Source of the DNA: a virus
Strand: one strand, 5' to 3'
DNA: 64,000 bases
IMG/VR virus record: IMGVR_UViG_3300037467_001050
Coordinates: 32,001 to 96,000 of that record
The translations under genes and the position numbers were made by a program. Each line of letters opens with the position of its first letter. The stretch's first letter is position 1. Of this stretch, positions 35,161 through 45,268 are shown one piece after another. The notes below the pieces were generated by a model that did no database searches, had not been told where the DNA came from, and worked only from the letters and a program-made list of their open reading frames with translations.

Positions 35161-38100
35161 ATGGGCCAGGAGACCACCGAACTCAAAGCAGTCGTTACCG
35201 TCGAGACCCGCGCGGAAGCGCAGATCGACCGGCTCGAGAAGAAGATCAAGTCGCTGGCGGGCGCTGCCAACTCCACCTTCAAAGCCCCGCTCGACACCAC
35301 CACCAAACAAGCCCAGCTGATCTCGAAGGCGTTCGAGAAGCACCGCGGTGACATGCAGGACTTCGGCCGCGCACAGCGCGACTGGGCCAACAGCATCTAC
35401 CGCCAAGGCAAGATGACGGTGACGCTCTACGACGAGCTCGAGAAGAGCGTCCGGAGCATGATCACCGCGCAGGGTCAACTGCGCAAGGGTGCGGACGAGG
35501 CCAAGTTCATCCGCGCCGTCCGAACCCTCAACGCCTACGCCTACGTCTGGAACCGGCACCACGACACCTACGTGCGGAACCTGCGTCAGCAGGATCGCCT
35601 GCAGGCCCAGATCGAGGACAAGCGGCTCTATCTCGCGCAGCGCGCCACCCAGGCCTTCGAGCGCGGTGAGAAGCGCCGGGCCGATAGCGCCGCAGCTCTC
35701 GACCGGCAGCGCTCGCGCGCCTTCCTGGCGGCGGAGAATGAGAAGGAGAGTGCGCGCCGGGCACTCGAACGCCAGCGATCGCGCGCCTACATCGCGCAGA
35801 TCCGCACCGAGGAGGCTGCCGGTCGCAAGGCGGAAGCCAACAAGATCCGCGAGCAGCTGCGCGCCCAGCGTGAGGCGGAGAAACTCCGTCGTGCCGACGA
35901 GCGGGCAAAGCTCAAGGTTGCCGCTGAGCAAGAGAGCGCCAGACGCGCCCTCGAGCGGCAACGGTCGCGCGCCTACATCGCGCAGATCCGAGAGCAGGAG
36001 CGGCTTGGCCAGAGAGCCGAAGCGGAGAGGGTCCGCGAAGCTCTTCGCCAGCAGCGCATGCAGGAGAGCTCTCGTCGCGCGATCGAGCGCCAGCGGTCGC
36101 GCGCGTACATCGCCGAGATCCGAGAGCAGGAGCGGCTCGGCCGAAAGGCTGAAGCCGACAAGATCCGCGAGAAGCTCCGACAGGAACGCTCCCAGGAGAG
36201 CTCTCGCCGAGCCCTGGAGCGCCAGCGCAGCCAAGCGTACATCAAGGAGATCCGGGATCAGGAGCGTGCCGGCCGAAAGGCAGAGGCCGATAAGATCCGC
36301 GAGCAGTTGCGCCAGCAGCGCTCCCAGGAGAGCGCCCGCCGGGCTTTGGATCGGCAGCGCACTCAGGCCTACACGCGCGAGCTGCGCGAGCAAGCCGGAG
36401 CTGAAGCCAAGAACGCCCGCTACATCCAGCAGTTGAAGAACAACTCCTGGATCATGCAGATGCGCCAGGACGAGCAGGCGCGCAGGGCGCAGGAGCGCGC
36501 CGCTCGGTCCTCGTGGCGCCAGTTTGGCGTCGACGGCAAGCAGTCCCTGCGCGGGCTCGGCATCGGCACGCAGTCGATCGGCAGCGCGCTCAACCGCACG
36601 GGCGTCATCGCCATGTACGGTGGCGCAGCCGCCGGTGCCGCATCGGCCGCCGCCCAGCGCGGCGTGCGCTCGCGCATGAGCGTTGAGGCTGCCGAGACCG
36701 AGCTGCGCATGTTCGGTGGTGAGCTCGCCCGCCCGGGCAAACCCGCCAAGCCGATGACGGCTGCAGACGTCGCCGGGATCCGCAGCGAGTGGCTCGATGA
36801 GGCCGCAATCGGCTCAGGCGTCTCGGCCACGACCGGCCTCAACGTCCTCACCGAGGTGATCAAAGCCGGTATCGATCCGGCGAAGTCGCGCGAAATGACC
36901 GAGCTCGTCCTCGGAGCCTCCGCCGGCATGGACATGAACACCCGGGAGACCACCCGCGTGCTCGGACGTGCCGCGACCAACATCCCCAACGTCGACAGCG
37001 CCCGCATGAAGAAGATCATGACGGGCATGGCGATCGCCGCCGCAGAGACCGCGGCCGACCCGGACGAGATCGTGTCCGGCATGGATCGCGGCATGGGCGC
37101 GCTCTCCTACGGCATGTCGCCCGAGGATCTTGCGGCCTGGGTCGCCGTCGGTCGCTCGACCGGCATCCAAGCGGCAAAGTCCGGCAACTTCATCGCCACC
37201 CTGCTCTCGAAGGGCGTCAACGCCAAGAACCTGCGCGGCAAACCCGGCAGGGATATGGATGATGCTGCCCGGATGCTCGGCATGGGCAGCGCCCGCGGCA
37301 TGTCCCGGCGCGCCTCGGCTGACCCGAACCAGTTCCTTGAGGACATGTTCGAGAAGGTCGAGAGCATGAGCGTCGACAAGCGCGCCAAGCTCTCGAACCT
37401 CATGGGCGGCCAGGAGTGGGACGACGAGATCCTGCAGATGAAGCAGGGTCTCCAGAAGCTCAAGGAAGTCCGCGCCGCCATGAAGGACGAGCGCAACAAG
37501 AACTTCCTCGAGGACAACAAGGACCTCAAGAACAACTCGCTGCGCGGCCTCTGGGCTCGCATGCGAGCGCGCTTCGGTCTCCTGTGGGAGACCTTCGGTG
37601 ATGGCTTCACGAGCACCTTCGAGGAGGTCTCGCGCTGGTTCATCATCAGCGGTCGTGCGGTGAACCTCGGTGGTCTTCGGACCATCGGCGCATCGTTCAT
37701 GACCGGACTTGTGAATGGTCTCGGGTTCGAGAACTGGACCGCGCTGCTGAACAAGTATTTCAACGGCGGCCAGTTCGACTGGGGCGACATCAACGACAAG
37801 GTCCAGCGCTTCGCCAAAGGCTTCGGCAAGGGCCTCAAGGCGGTCTACGACAACCTGCAGTCGATCCTCGGGATGGTGCCCGGCTCCGGCAAGATGGACG
37901 CCGAGTCCCTCGGTGAGATGACCGCCAAGCTCGTCGGGTTCGCGCTCGGCGTGCAGGCCGGAAAACCCGCCTGGGATCTGCTCGGCATCGTCAAGGACGG
38001 CCTCATTGCCCTCGCGGGCGGCGTCATCTTCCTCAACGGCGCGCTGGGCCTGCTCGGGCTCGGCGGGATCAAGGGTCTCGGCGGCAAGGCGCTCGGCGTA

Positions 38101-40233
38101 CTCGGCGCTCGCACCTTCGCGGGCGCAGCTGGTGCTGTCGGCTCGGTTGCGATCGGCGAAGCTCTGGGCACCGTCGGTGTCGGTGCAAGTCTCGCGGCCA
38201 TCGCCGCTGGCGGCATCCTGATCGCCGGTCTCGCGGCCGGCGTGGCGGCCATCGCCGTCACGATCATGAACTGGGACGCGATCAAGGAGTGGTTCAAGCC
38301 CTATCAGCAAAAGGCGCAGGGCAACCTCACCGACAAGGAGTTCCAGGACAATCAGGGTCTGGCCGAAGGCCTCAACGCCGAAGCCGACCCGCTCGCCAGG
38401 GCCATCGGCCGGTGGCTCAAATCGTGGTTCACCAAGGACGCCACACCGGCACAGCGCCGGCAGATGTCGTTCTCCGGTGATGGCGACTTCCGCTCGATGC
38501 TCCATTACGCGAGCTTCGAGGCCTCCGGTCTCAGCGACCTGAAGCACTCCGTCGACAAGATGGGCGCCAAGTTCGAGCTTGCCGCCCTGACGGGTCCGGG
38601 CATCGCAGCTGGCTCTCACGCCATGCTGGGATCAACAGGCACCGGAACCGGCAGCGGCAGCACCAGCTATGGTCTGCCGCAATACTCGATCCCAAACTCG
38701 GATCCGGCCCAGCGCTACGGAAAGCGGTTCTTCTCGGTCCCGGGCGGCCTGTTCGACGGTAGAGGTAACCCGTCGGGTATCGTCGGGTACGGCGCCAACC
38801 CTGGAGCCTACAAGCCGTTCCTCGACTACATCGCCGGCACCGAAGGTACGGCAGGTGGCAAGAACAACGGCTACGATGTCACGCTGGCCAACGGCAAGCT
38901 ACTACCGGGAGGTAAGGAGCAGGATCTGACCAAGATGACCTTGGATCAGATCGACGCCATGCAGACGGGGATGCTGAACAACCCGAACAACCGCTGGAAT
39001 TCTTCCGCGGCGGGTCGTTATCAGATCGTCCGCAAGACCCTGCGCAATCTTCGCCGCCAGCTCGGGCTCAAGGGCAATGAGCTGTTCGATGAGGCGATGC
39101 AGGACCGGCTCGGCGCGACGCTCGCCCAGCAGCGCGGTGCCAACGGCTCGCTTGGATCTGAGTGGGCTTCCCTGCGGGGAGGCAAGCTCTCCCAAGCGAT
39201 CGCGATACTCGGTCAAGTGCCGAAGGACGCATCAACCACGCCCGGAGCTCGCCCGGCCGATGCGGTCTCAGGTCTCGACCAGTTCGAAGGTCTGCGGCTG
39301 AAGAGCCGTGAGGCGATCGCCGGCGGGGCTACGGCTCTCGGCATCACCGATCTGGCTCGTCAGGCGCAGGCGAACCTGCCTGGCGGTGTTGCGCGGTTCT
39401 CGTCGTTCAACGACGCCTACCATCACGGCGCGAACCCGAATAGCAAGCACACGCAGGGCCTCGCCTTCGACACATCGCTCAACGATCCACGGCAGCACGC
39501 TGCCGCGGCCGAAGCGATGCGCGAGAAGCTGCGGGCAGCCGGCCTCGACGAGAACGCCTTCAAGGTCATCGACGAGTACGCGAACCCCTCGGGGCATGCC
39601 ACCGGCGGTCACATCCACACGCAGTTCAATACCAAGGAGGCGGCCCAGAAGTACCACGACTACGTGGCGGCTCTGGACCAGAAGGCCAAGGCAGTCGTTG
39701 CCTCGAACAAAGTCGACGGTGCCGACGGCATGACCTCCACAGGATGGAAGTCGGCTGGATGGAAGCAGGAGAACGGCGGACCGTGGATCAACAAGGCGAC
39801 CGGCCAGGAGGCCTCTCCCGAGAAAGCCGCCGAGCTCAACAAGAAGATGGCGGACTGGGATGAGCGCAAGAAGAGGATGTTCGGTCGGGGTCGTCCGCGG
39901 ACCCTGGCTGACGACGGCTTCACCGGCGTGCCTTTTGGGGCAAGCAAGGAGCTGATCGACAAGGCGAAGGACGCGGCGAACGGTGGTGGCGCTGCGGCGA
40001 CCGCCAACGGCGCCCCGAGCTCCGGTGCCGAGCGCATGATCAAGAACGTGCCCGCTCCGTCGGTCGGCGGCGGTCAGGGCGGCGGCGGCGGTGGAAGCGC
40101 TCCGCAGATCCACGTCACCCAGCACATCAACGGCTGGGAGAAGTCGCCCAAGGAAATCGCCGACATGTCGCAGAAGCACATCACCGAGGCGTGGAACCAC
40201 CCGAACTTCGACCTCGAGCCAGGACTCGGCTGA
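35161..40233 (+). CDS. tape measure protein with muramidase-like and peptidase M15-like domains
   Basis: 1690 aa helical; FLDYIAGTEG...AAGRYQI; SKHTQGLAFD...GGHIH. Confidence 0.92.
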   Translation: MGQETTELKAVVTVETRAEAQIDRLEKKIKSLAGAANSTFKAPLDTTTKQAQLISKAFEKHRGDMQDFGRAQRDWANSIYRQGKMTVTLYDELEKSVRSMITAQGQLRKGADEAKFIRAVRTLNAYAYVWNRHHDTYVRNLRQQDRLQAQIEDKRLYLAQRATQAFERGEKRRADSAAALDRQRSRAFLAAENEKESARRALERQRSRAYIAQIRTEEAAGRKAEANKIREQLRAQREAEKLRRADERAKLKVAAEQESARRALERQRSRAYIAQIREQERLGQRAEAERVREALRQQRMQESSRRAIERQRSRAYIAEIREQERLGRKAEADKIREKLRQERSQESSRRALERQRSQAYIKEIRDQERAGRKAEADKIREQLRQQRSQESARRALDRQRTQAYTRELREQAGAEAKNARYIQQLKNNSWIMQMRQDEQARRAQERAARSSWRQFGVDGKQSLRGLGIGTQSIGSALNRTGVIAMYGGAAAGAASAAAQRGVRSRMSVEAAETELRMFGGELARPGKPAKPMTAADVAGIRSEWLDEAAIGSGVSATTGLNVLTEVIKAGIDPAKSREMTELVLGASAGMDMNTRETTRVLGRAATNIPNVDSARMKKIMTGMAIAAAETAADPDEIVSGMDRGMGALSYGMSPEDLAAWVAVGRSTGIQAAKSGNFIATLLSKGVNAKNLRGKPGRDMDDAARMLGMGSARGMSRRASADPNQFLEDMFEKVESMSVDKRAKLSNLMGGQEWDDEILQMKQGLQKLKEVRAAMKDERNKNFLEDNKDLKNNSLRGLWARMRARFGLLWETFGDGFTSTFEEVSRWFIISGRAVNLGGLRTIGASFMTGLVNGLGFENWTALLNKYFNGGQFDWGDINDKVQRFAKGFGKGLKAVYDNLQSILGMVPGSGKMDAESLGEMTAKLVGFALGVQAGKPAWDLLGIVKDGLIALAGGVIFLNGALGLLGLGGIKGLGGKALGVLGARTFAGAAGAVGSVAIGEALGTVGVGASLAAIAAGGILIAGLAAGVAAIAVTIMNWDAIKEWFKPYQQKAQGNLTDKEFQDNQGLAEGLNAEADPLARAIGRWLKSWFTKDATPAQRRQMSFSGDGDFRSMLHYASFEASGLSDLKHSVDKMGAKFELAALTGPGIAAGSHAMLGSTGTGTGSGSTSYGLPQYSIPNSDPAQRYGKRFFSVPGGLFDGRGNPSGIVGYGANPGAYKPFLDYIAGTEGTAGGKNNGYDVTLANGKLLPGGKEQDLTKMTLDQIDAMQTGMLNNPNNRWNSSAAGRYQIVRKTLRNLRRQLGLKGNELFDEAMQDRLGATLAQQRGANGSLGSEWASLRGGKLSQAIAILGQVPKDASTTPGARPADAVSGLDQFEGLRLKSREAIAGGATALGITDLARQAQANLPGGVARFSSFNDAYHHGANPNSKHTQGLAFDTSLNDPRQHAAAAEAMREKLRAAGLDENAFKVIDEYANPSGHATGGHIHTQFNTKEAAQKYHDYVAALDQKAKAVVASNKVDGADGMTSTGWKSAGWKQENGGPWINKATGQEASPEKAAELNKKMADWDERKKRMFGRGRPRTLADDGFTGVPFGASKELIDKAKDAANGGGAAATANGAPSSGAERMIKNVPAPSVGGGQGGGGGGSAPQIHVTQHINGWEKSPKEIADMSQKHITEAWNHPNFDLEPGLG
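35746..36400 (+). repeat. 132-bp (44-aa) coding tandem repeats in the tape measure gene
   Basis: ES(A/S)RRA(L/I)ERQR units start near 35746, 35932, 36064, 36196, 36328. Confidence 0.85.
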
Positions 40234-40317
40234 TCACGACAACGACCCGCGCGGGGACCTCTCCGCGCGGGCCCACCACCCGAACGAGAGCCGGGATCAA
40301 CCCGGCCGGAGGTGCCT

Positions 40318-40788
40318 ATGGCCGACACGCTCCTGAGCATCGGCAAGAACTTCTTCTACTCGCCCAAGCCCGGCGAGGAGACCCCGAACTATCAGGCCCT
40401 GACCCGCGACCTCAACTGGACGTGGACGGCCCAGCCGCGGCTCTCGCGCGAGAACGCCAACCAGTTCACCGGCATCGGTGAGAAGCGCGCGATCGTCGAG
40501 GGGCGGCTCTACCCGCACATCTTCGGCGGCCTGAAAACCCTCGACGCGATCGAGGCGACCGGCGACGAGGGGAAGCCCGTGCCGCTGATCCGCTACTTCC
40601 GCTTCACCAATCCTGTCGAATACATCGGCGAGCTGGTCGGCCTCTACGGCATCGCCCGCCTGCGCCGACAGGAAACCAAGATTAATTCTGGCAACGTGCC
40701 GATGGCTGTCGATTTCACCCTTGAGCTGATCCAGTTCGGCGAGGACTCAGCCAGCACGTCGCCAGACGAATTCCTGAGGCTCGGCTGA
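40318..40788 (+). CDS. tail protein, P2 gpU-like
   Basis: After tape measure; QFTGIG, GRLYP, DFTLEL. Confidence 0.85.
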   Translation: MADTLLSIGKNFFYSPKPGEETPNYQALTRDLNWTWTAQPRLSRENANQFTGIGEKRAIVEGRLYPHIFGGLKTLDAIEATGDEGKPVPLIRYFRFTNPVEYIGELVGLYGIARLRRQETKINSGNVPMAVDFTLELIQFGEDSASTSPDEFLRLG

Positions 40789-41015
40789 TGGCTAAGCCCT
40801 ACATCACCCAGATGTACGACCGGCTCGATAAGATCTGCGAGCGGCGCTACGGCATCTACGACTCGAAGACCCACCAGCACGTCTGGGACGCCAACCCAGG
40901 GCTGGTCAGTCACGGCATGCTGCTGCCGATGGGCATGGCCCTCAAACTGCCGCCGCTGCCGACGCCGAACACCGACACCACGCCGGTCATCGATCAGATC
41001 CGCCTCTGGGACTGA
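40788..41015 (+). CDS. tail protein, P2 gpX-like (LysM-type)
   Basis: DRLDKICERRYG, DANPGL, LKLP, IRLWD. Confidence 0.92.
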   Translation: MAKPYITQMYDRLDKICERRYGIYDSKTHQHVWDANPGLVSHGMLLPMGMALKLPPLPTPNTDTTPVIDQIRLWD

Positions 41016-41041
41016 TCCAATCCACCCCTTTAGACCAATCC

Positions 41042-41068
41042 AGGTCGCCCCATCCGGGCGGCCTTTTT
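41042..41068 (+). terminator. intrinsic terminator
   Basis: AGGTCGCCC/GGGCGGCCT plus T run. Confidence 0.75.
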
Positions 41069-41084
41069 CTCTGCGTGAGGACCC

Positions 41085-42215
41085 ATGCCTGTCGGCTACA
41101 CGCCGATCTTCCGGATCGAACAAGAGGGGATCGACATCACCAGCCGGTTCAACGACCGGCTCACCGAGATCGAGGTGACGCTCACCAACGGCCAGGGCCA
41201 GCAGGACACCTGCGAGATCACCCTCGATGACCGCGAGTGGAAGATCGCCAGCCCGACAGTCGGGCGCAAGCTCGAGATCTATCTCGGCTACAAGGAGGTC
41301 GGCCTCGCCCAGCAGAACGTCTTCACGATCAAGACGGTCGAGTACCTCGGGCCGCCGCGCTCGATCAAGATTACCGGGACCGCCACCGACTTCATCGGCA
41401 CGCTCAAGCAGCCGCGGGTCAAGGAGTATGAGGGCAAGACCCTCAAGGAGGTGATCGAGAGCATCGCCAAGGAGGCGAACGTCACCGCCATGGTCGAGCA
41501 GGGGCTCGGAGAGATCCGGGTTCCGTTCATGAACCAGACCCAGAGCTCAGTCCACCTCCTGCAGGAGCTGGAGCGGCGCTACGGCGCCATCGCCCAGTTC
41601 GACAGCGGCAAGCTGATCTTCATCCCCCGCGACGCCAACACGACCGCCAACGGCATCTCGCTTCCGGCGCTGCTGCTGAAGCCCGAGCACCTCGCCAAGT
41701 GGTCTGTCCGGCACGACAAGCGGAACGACTTCACCGGCGCGCGGGGCGCCTACATCGACCCGGACACGCACCAGCCTGTCTGGATCGAGGAGCAGAACCC
41801 CCGGGCCGAGACCGATCCCGAGTACGGCCGGCCGGAGAAGAACCCCTACCGTTTCCCGAAGCCGTTCGTGTCGGAAGAGGAGGCTCGGGCCGGGCTCAAG
41901 TCGGCCATCTCGACGATGAACCGCTCGCTCGGCGAGTGCAATCTCGTCCTGTCCAAGGGCGATCCGTGGATCCGCGGCAACCAGCTGACGCTGATCTCCG
42001 GGATGCGCGATGGCATCAACGGGGTCTATATTTCTGAAACCGTAAAACACACATACACGAAAGGCACAGGTCTGCTCACGACCATCATGGGCAAGCCGCC
42101 CGGCGGCGAGACCTCGCTCGATAACGGCGCCGGCTCGGACGAGAAGGTCTTCAGCCCAAAACCCGGTGAGAAAATGGGTGAGCGGTTCATCCCGCCCACC
42201 TTCGACAACACATGA
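41085..42215 (+). CDS. baseplate hub protein, P2 gpD-like
   Basis: DTCEITLDDR, LGYKE, QTQSSVHLLQEL..RYG. Confidence 0.9.
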   Translation: MPVGYTPIFRIEQEGIDITSRFNDRLTEIEVTLTNGQGQQDTCEITLDDREWKIASPTVGRKLEIYLGYKEVGLAQQNVFTIKTVEYLGPPRSIKITGTATDFIGTLKQPRVKEYEGKTLKEVIESIAKEANVTAMVEQGLGEIRVPFMNQTQSSVHLLQELERRYGAIAQFDSGKLIFIPRDANTTANGISLPALLLKPEHLAKWSVRHDKRNDFTGARGAYIDPDTHQPVWIEEQNPRAETDPEYGRPEKNPYRFPKPFVSEEEARAGLKSAISTMNRSLGECNLVLSKGDPWIRGNQLTLISGMRDGINGVYISETVKHTYTKGTGLLTTIMGKPPGGETSLDNGAGSDEKVFSPKPGEKMGERFIPPTFDNT

Positions 42216-42259
42216 CCGGACGCTTGCAGGAATGCAAGCCAACCGGCGGAGGAATGCAA

Positions 42260-43432
42260 ATGACCATGCTGACCAGCGAGGCGCTGCGCCGCATCGCCCC
42301 GTCGGCGCGCGCTGACATCGTCGCCGCCCTGATCGCGGCCGAGCCCGAGATGCGTGCGGCCGGCATCACCGCCAACGAGCGCCGCCTGCGCCACTTCATC
42401 GCCCAGACCGCCTGTGAGAGCGCCGGCTTCCGCCATCTGGAAGAGGGGCTCTCCTACACGGCTGAGCGCCTGCATGCCGTGTGGCCGAAGCGCTTCCCGA
42501 CTGTCGCCTCGGCGCGCCCCTACGCGCGCAACCCAGAGAAGCTGGCGAACAAGGTCTACGGCGGCCGTCTGGGTAACACCCAGAGTGGCGACGGATACAA
42601 GTACCGCGGTGGCGGCCTGATCCAGACCACCGGCCGCGACAACTACCGGGCGGCCGGCCACGAGCACGACCCCGAGACGGTCCGGACGCCGGCCGGCGGC
42701 GTCGCTGCTGCCATCGAGTTCTGGAAGCGCAACGGCCTCAACATCATCGCCGACCGCGACGACATCGTGGCTGTGACCCGCAAGGTGAACGGCGGCGAGA
42801 ACGGTCTTGCGGAGCGCCGGAATTTCTACCGGCTCGCCTGCAAGTACATCGTGCCGGTCTCCGACGAGGTCGAGGACGGTTCCGAGGGTGAGACCCGCGC
42901 CCCGGCGCCCGCCGACCTCGCTCTGTCCGCCGGCAAGATCAAGGCCCTGCAGGAGCAACTGCTGCAGCTCGGCTACGCCCAGATCGGCCGGCCCGACGGC
43001 GTCATGGGCTCGAAGACCATCGCGGCGATCTCCCAGTTCCAGGCGGAGAACGGCATCGAGGTCAACGGCCGCTTCGACGAGCAGACGCAGGAACACCTCT
43101 ACGAGGCCAGCCCCCGGGTCACGAACTACGCCGACCCGAAGGAGAAGGGCAGCAAGATCACCAAGCACGCCGAGACGATGATGAAGGGCGCGCTGGGTCT
43201 GATGGGTGCCACCGGCTTCAGTGCCGCGGCTGACCCGCTGTCGCAGATAGAGGCGGCCAAGGGCTACCTCGACCGCATCAAGTCAGTGATGGCGCCGTTC
43301 CACGCGATCCAGGAGTTCGTGACCGGCCACGTCTGGCTCGTCGCGATCGCCGCCGCGCTCGCCGTCTACCTCTACGGACGGACCATCGCCCACCACGACG
43401 CCGACAATCACGCAACTGGAAAAACGGCGTAA
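42260..43432 (+). CDS. GH19 endolysin with peptidoglycan-binding domain and C-terminal TM segment
   Basis: HFIAQTACES, YRGGGLIQTTGRDNY, VNGGENGLAER; PDGVMGSKT..AISQFQ. Confidence 0.92.
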   Translation: MTMLTSEALRRIAPSARADIVAALIAAEPEMRAAGITANERRLRHFIAQTACESAGFRHLEEGLSYTAERLHAVWPKRFPTVASARPYARNPEKLANKVYGGRLGNTQSGDGYKYRGGGLIQTTGRDNYRAAGHEHDPETVRTPAGGVAAAIEFWKRNGLNIIADRDDIVAVTRKVNGGENGLAERRNFYRLACKYIVPVSDEVEDGSEGETRAPAPADLALSAGKIKALQEQLLQLGYAQIGRPDGVMGSKTIAAISQFQAENGIEVNGRFDEQTQEHLYEASPRVTNYADPKEKGSKITKHAETMMKGALGLMGATGFSAAADPLSQIEAAKGYLDRIKSVMAPFHAIQEFVTGHVWLVAIAAALAVYLYGRTIAHHDADNHATGKTA

Positions 43433-43444
43433 GGGATCCCCGAA

Positions 43445-43828
43445 ATGCTCAGCAAGCTCAAAGACTTGCTCGCCGGGTTGATCCCCGGCGGCACGGCCGT
43501 CACCGCGATCTGGAACTTCGTCACCTCGACCGTCGGCATGGTGCTGATCGCCAGCACCATCGCCTTCGTCACCGGCTACCACCTTCGGGCGGAGAAGGCC
43601 GAGCTCGACGACCTGCGCCATCAGGTGCTGGTGTTGAAGACCGACAACGAGCTGTCCGAGAACGCCCGCAAGCTGGTCGAGCGCCAGTCGGCGAGCCTCG
43701 AGGCGAAGCTCAAGTCCAACCAGGGGAGGGTGGCTGCTCTGCAGGCCGATCTCGCCAAGCGCGCACCGGCTCGCAAGGCCTGCGGGCTGACCGAGGACGA
43801 CGCGCGCAAGCTGCGGGAGATCCAGTGA
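43445..43828 (+). CDS. i-spanin (Rz-like)
   Basis: N-terminal TM, coiled coil, C-terminal Cys; overlaps next gene. Confidence 0.7.
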   Translation: MLSKLKDLLAGLIPGGTAVTAIWNFVTSTVGMVLIASTIAFVTGYHLRAEKAELDDLRHQVLVLKTDNELSENARKLVERQSASLEAKLKSNQGRVAALQADLAKRAPARKACGLTEDDARKLREIQ

Positions 43829-44169
43829 TGGCCCCGAAGGCTCTCCTCAAGATCTCCGTCACGGCGGCGCTCGCCGCCTCCCTGGCGGCCTGTGCCACCT
43901 CCGGCAATCCGGGTCTCGCCCGGAAGCTGCCACTGGCGCCCGACTACGCGCGCCCGGTCCTCACCGCCGACCCCAAGGCCGGCGAAGATGCCCTGATCGT
44001 TGCCGCGCGCGAGCGCCTCGGCAAGGCTCAGGCGAACTGCATCATCCAGAACTTCCGGAACTGGTACGAGCGCGTCCGCGAGGCCTACGCCCGCGGGGAC
44101 GACGGTTCGGCACTGGCGAAGGAGACGGCTGAAAAGTGCGGCCCCCTGCCGAGGCGGGGGCGCCCATAG
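43828..44169 (+). CDS. o-spanin (Rz1-like) lipoprotein
   Basis: Lipobox LAA-C, Pro-rich mature part. Confidence 0.75.
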   Translation: MAPKALLKISVTAALAASLAACATSGNPGLARKLPLAPDYARPVLTADPKAGEDALIVAARERLGKAQANCIIQNFRNWYERVREAYARGDDGSALAKETAEKCGPLPRRGRP

Positions 44170-44262
44170 TCATAGACCGTCGCCCAGACCCCATGCCCAC
44201 ATTCGCCCCGCCCGCCGCCGCTGTCGCCGAGAGCGGCAGCCCGACGCGCCCCTCATGACAGG

Positions 44263-44700
44263 GTGCAATTTATGGAAGATGAGACCATGGCCACGGCGCA
44301 GATGCAGTCATTCGACTCGCGCCTCTCCGTGCTTGAGACAGAAGTCAAAGGCATCGTTGGAACCCAGCAGAGCATCATCAACGCGGTCGATCGGATCGGA
44401 TCCAAGATCGACCAGAAGTCGACGCCCCAGTGGAGTGTCTATATCTCGGCCGCCGCGTTTCTGCTGACCGTCCTCATCACGATCGGCGCCGCCTGGAAGG
44501 CACCGATCGAGACCTCGATCACGAAGCAGGACAGCGACATCCGCAAGCTCCAGGACAGCATCGTCAGTCGCACGGAACATGCCGAGCACTGGCGCTGGTC
44601 GGAGAAGGAGTTCGACATCCTGCGCCAGCGCGTCACGCGCGAGCACGATCAGATCGAGAAGCGCATCGACCGCTTGGAGGCCCAGCGCCTCGGCAAGTGA
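44263..44700 (+). CDS. single-TM coiled-coil protein (start may be 44287)
   Basis: Central hydrophobic helix WSVYISAAAFLLTVLITIGAAW. Confidence 0.6.
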   Translation: MQFMEDETMATAQMQSFDSRLSVLETEVKGIVGTQQSIINAVDRIGSKIDQKSTPQWSVYISAAAFLLTVLITIGAAWKAPIETSITKQDSDIRKLQDSIVSRTEHAEHWRWSEKEFDILRQRVTREHDQIEKRIDRLEAQRLGK

Positions 44701-44754
44701 TTTGCAGGAATGCAAATGACGTGCTAGGGAAAATGCAAACGGAGATGCTAACGC

Positions 44755-45267
44755 ATGCGGCGTTTGTTCGGTTCCCTGGTAGCCCTCACGATCCTCGCAA
44801 CTGGGGCCCTCGCGGCGCCCCAGTGCGAGCGGTCGGAGGCGAAGTCATCGGCCTCTGCGCCACCCCCGTGGACGGCCAAGCAGTGCCCCATCGCCTGCCG
44901 CGTCCGCTACAGCCCGGGCGGTTGGATCGACGATTTCAAGAAGTCAGCACTGCAGCTCAAGGCTGATGGGCGCACGCTGATCATCGACGGTCAATGCATC
45001 TCCGCCTGCACGGTGGCGGCCGACCTCGCGCGCCCGAACGTGTGCATCACGCCGCGCGCCAGCTTTCGCTTCCACAGGACCTATGCCTGGGACATGGCCA
45101 CTCTGTGCTTCCTCGGGCGCGATGACGCCTATGAGGACTACAGCGCCGACATCGGCGGCTGGATCCGCGCGCACGGCGGTTTCCCGGGCAAGACGCTGCA
45201 CGACGATGCGCTGCTCGACATGAACGCGAAGGAGGCCGCCGCCTTTTTCCCGGTCTGCGGGGCCTGA
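44755..45267 (+). CDS. secreted protein with ClpP/crotonase-like motif
   Basis: Signal peptide; SPGGW, IDGQCISACT, FRFH. Confidence 0.6.
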   Translation: MRRLFGSLVALTILATGALAAPQCERSEAKSSASAPPPWTAKQCPIACRVRYSPGGWIDDFKKSALQLKADGRTLIIDGQCISACTVAADLARPNVCITPRASFRFHRTYAWDMATLCFLGRDDAYEDYSADIGGWIRAHGGFPGKTLHDDALLDMNAKEAAAFFPVCGA

Positions 45268-45268
45268 G

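Noticed and set aside
35746-36400. Regularly spaced repeats as a CRISPR array
   Set aside because: In-frame 132-bp coding repeats of the tape measure; no unique spacers and no cas genes.
40245-40310. Hairpins after the tape measure gene as a new ncRNA
   Set aside because: Two short GC stems in an 85-nt gap are adequately explained as processing or pause signals.
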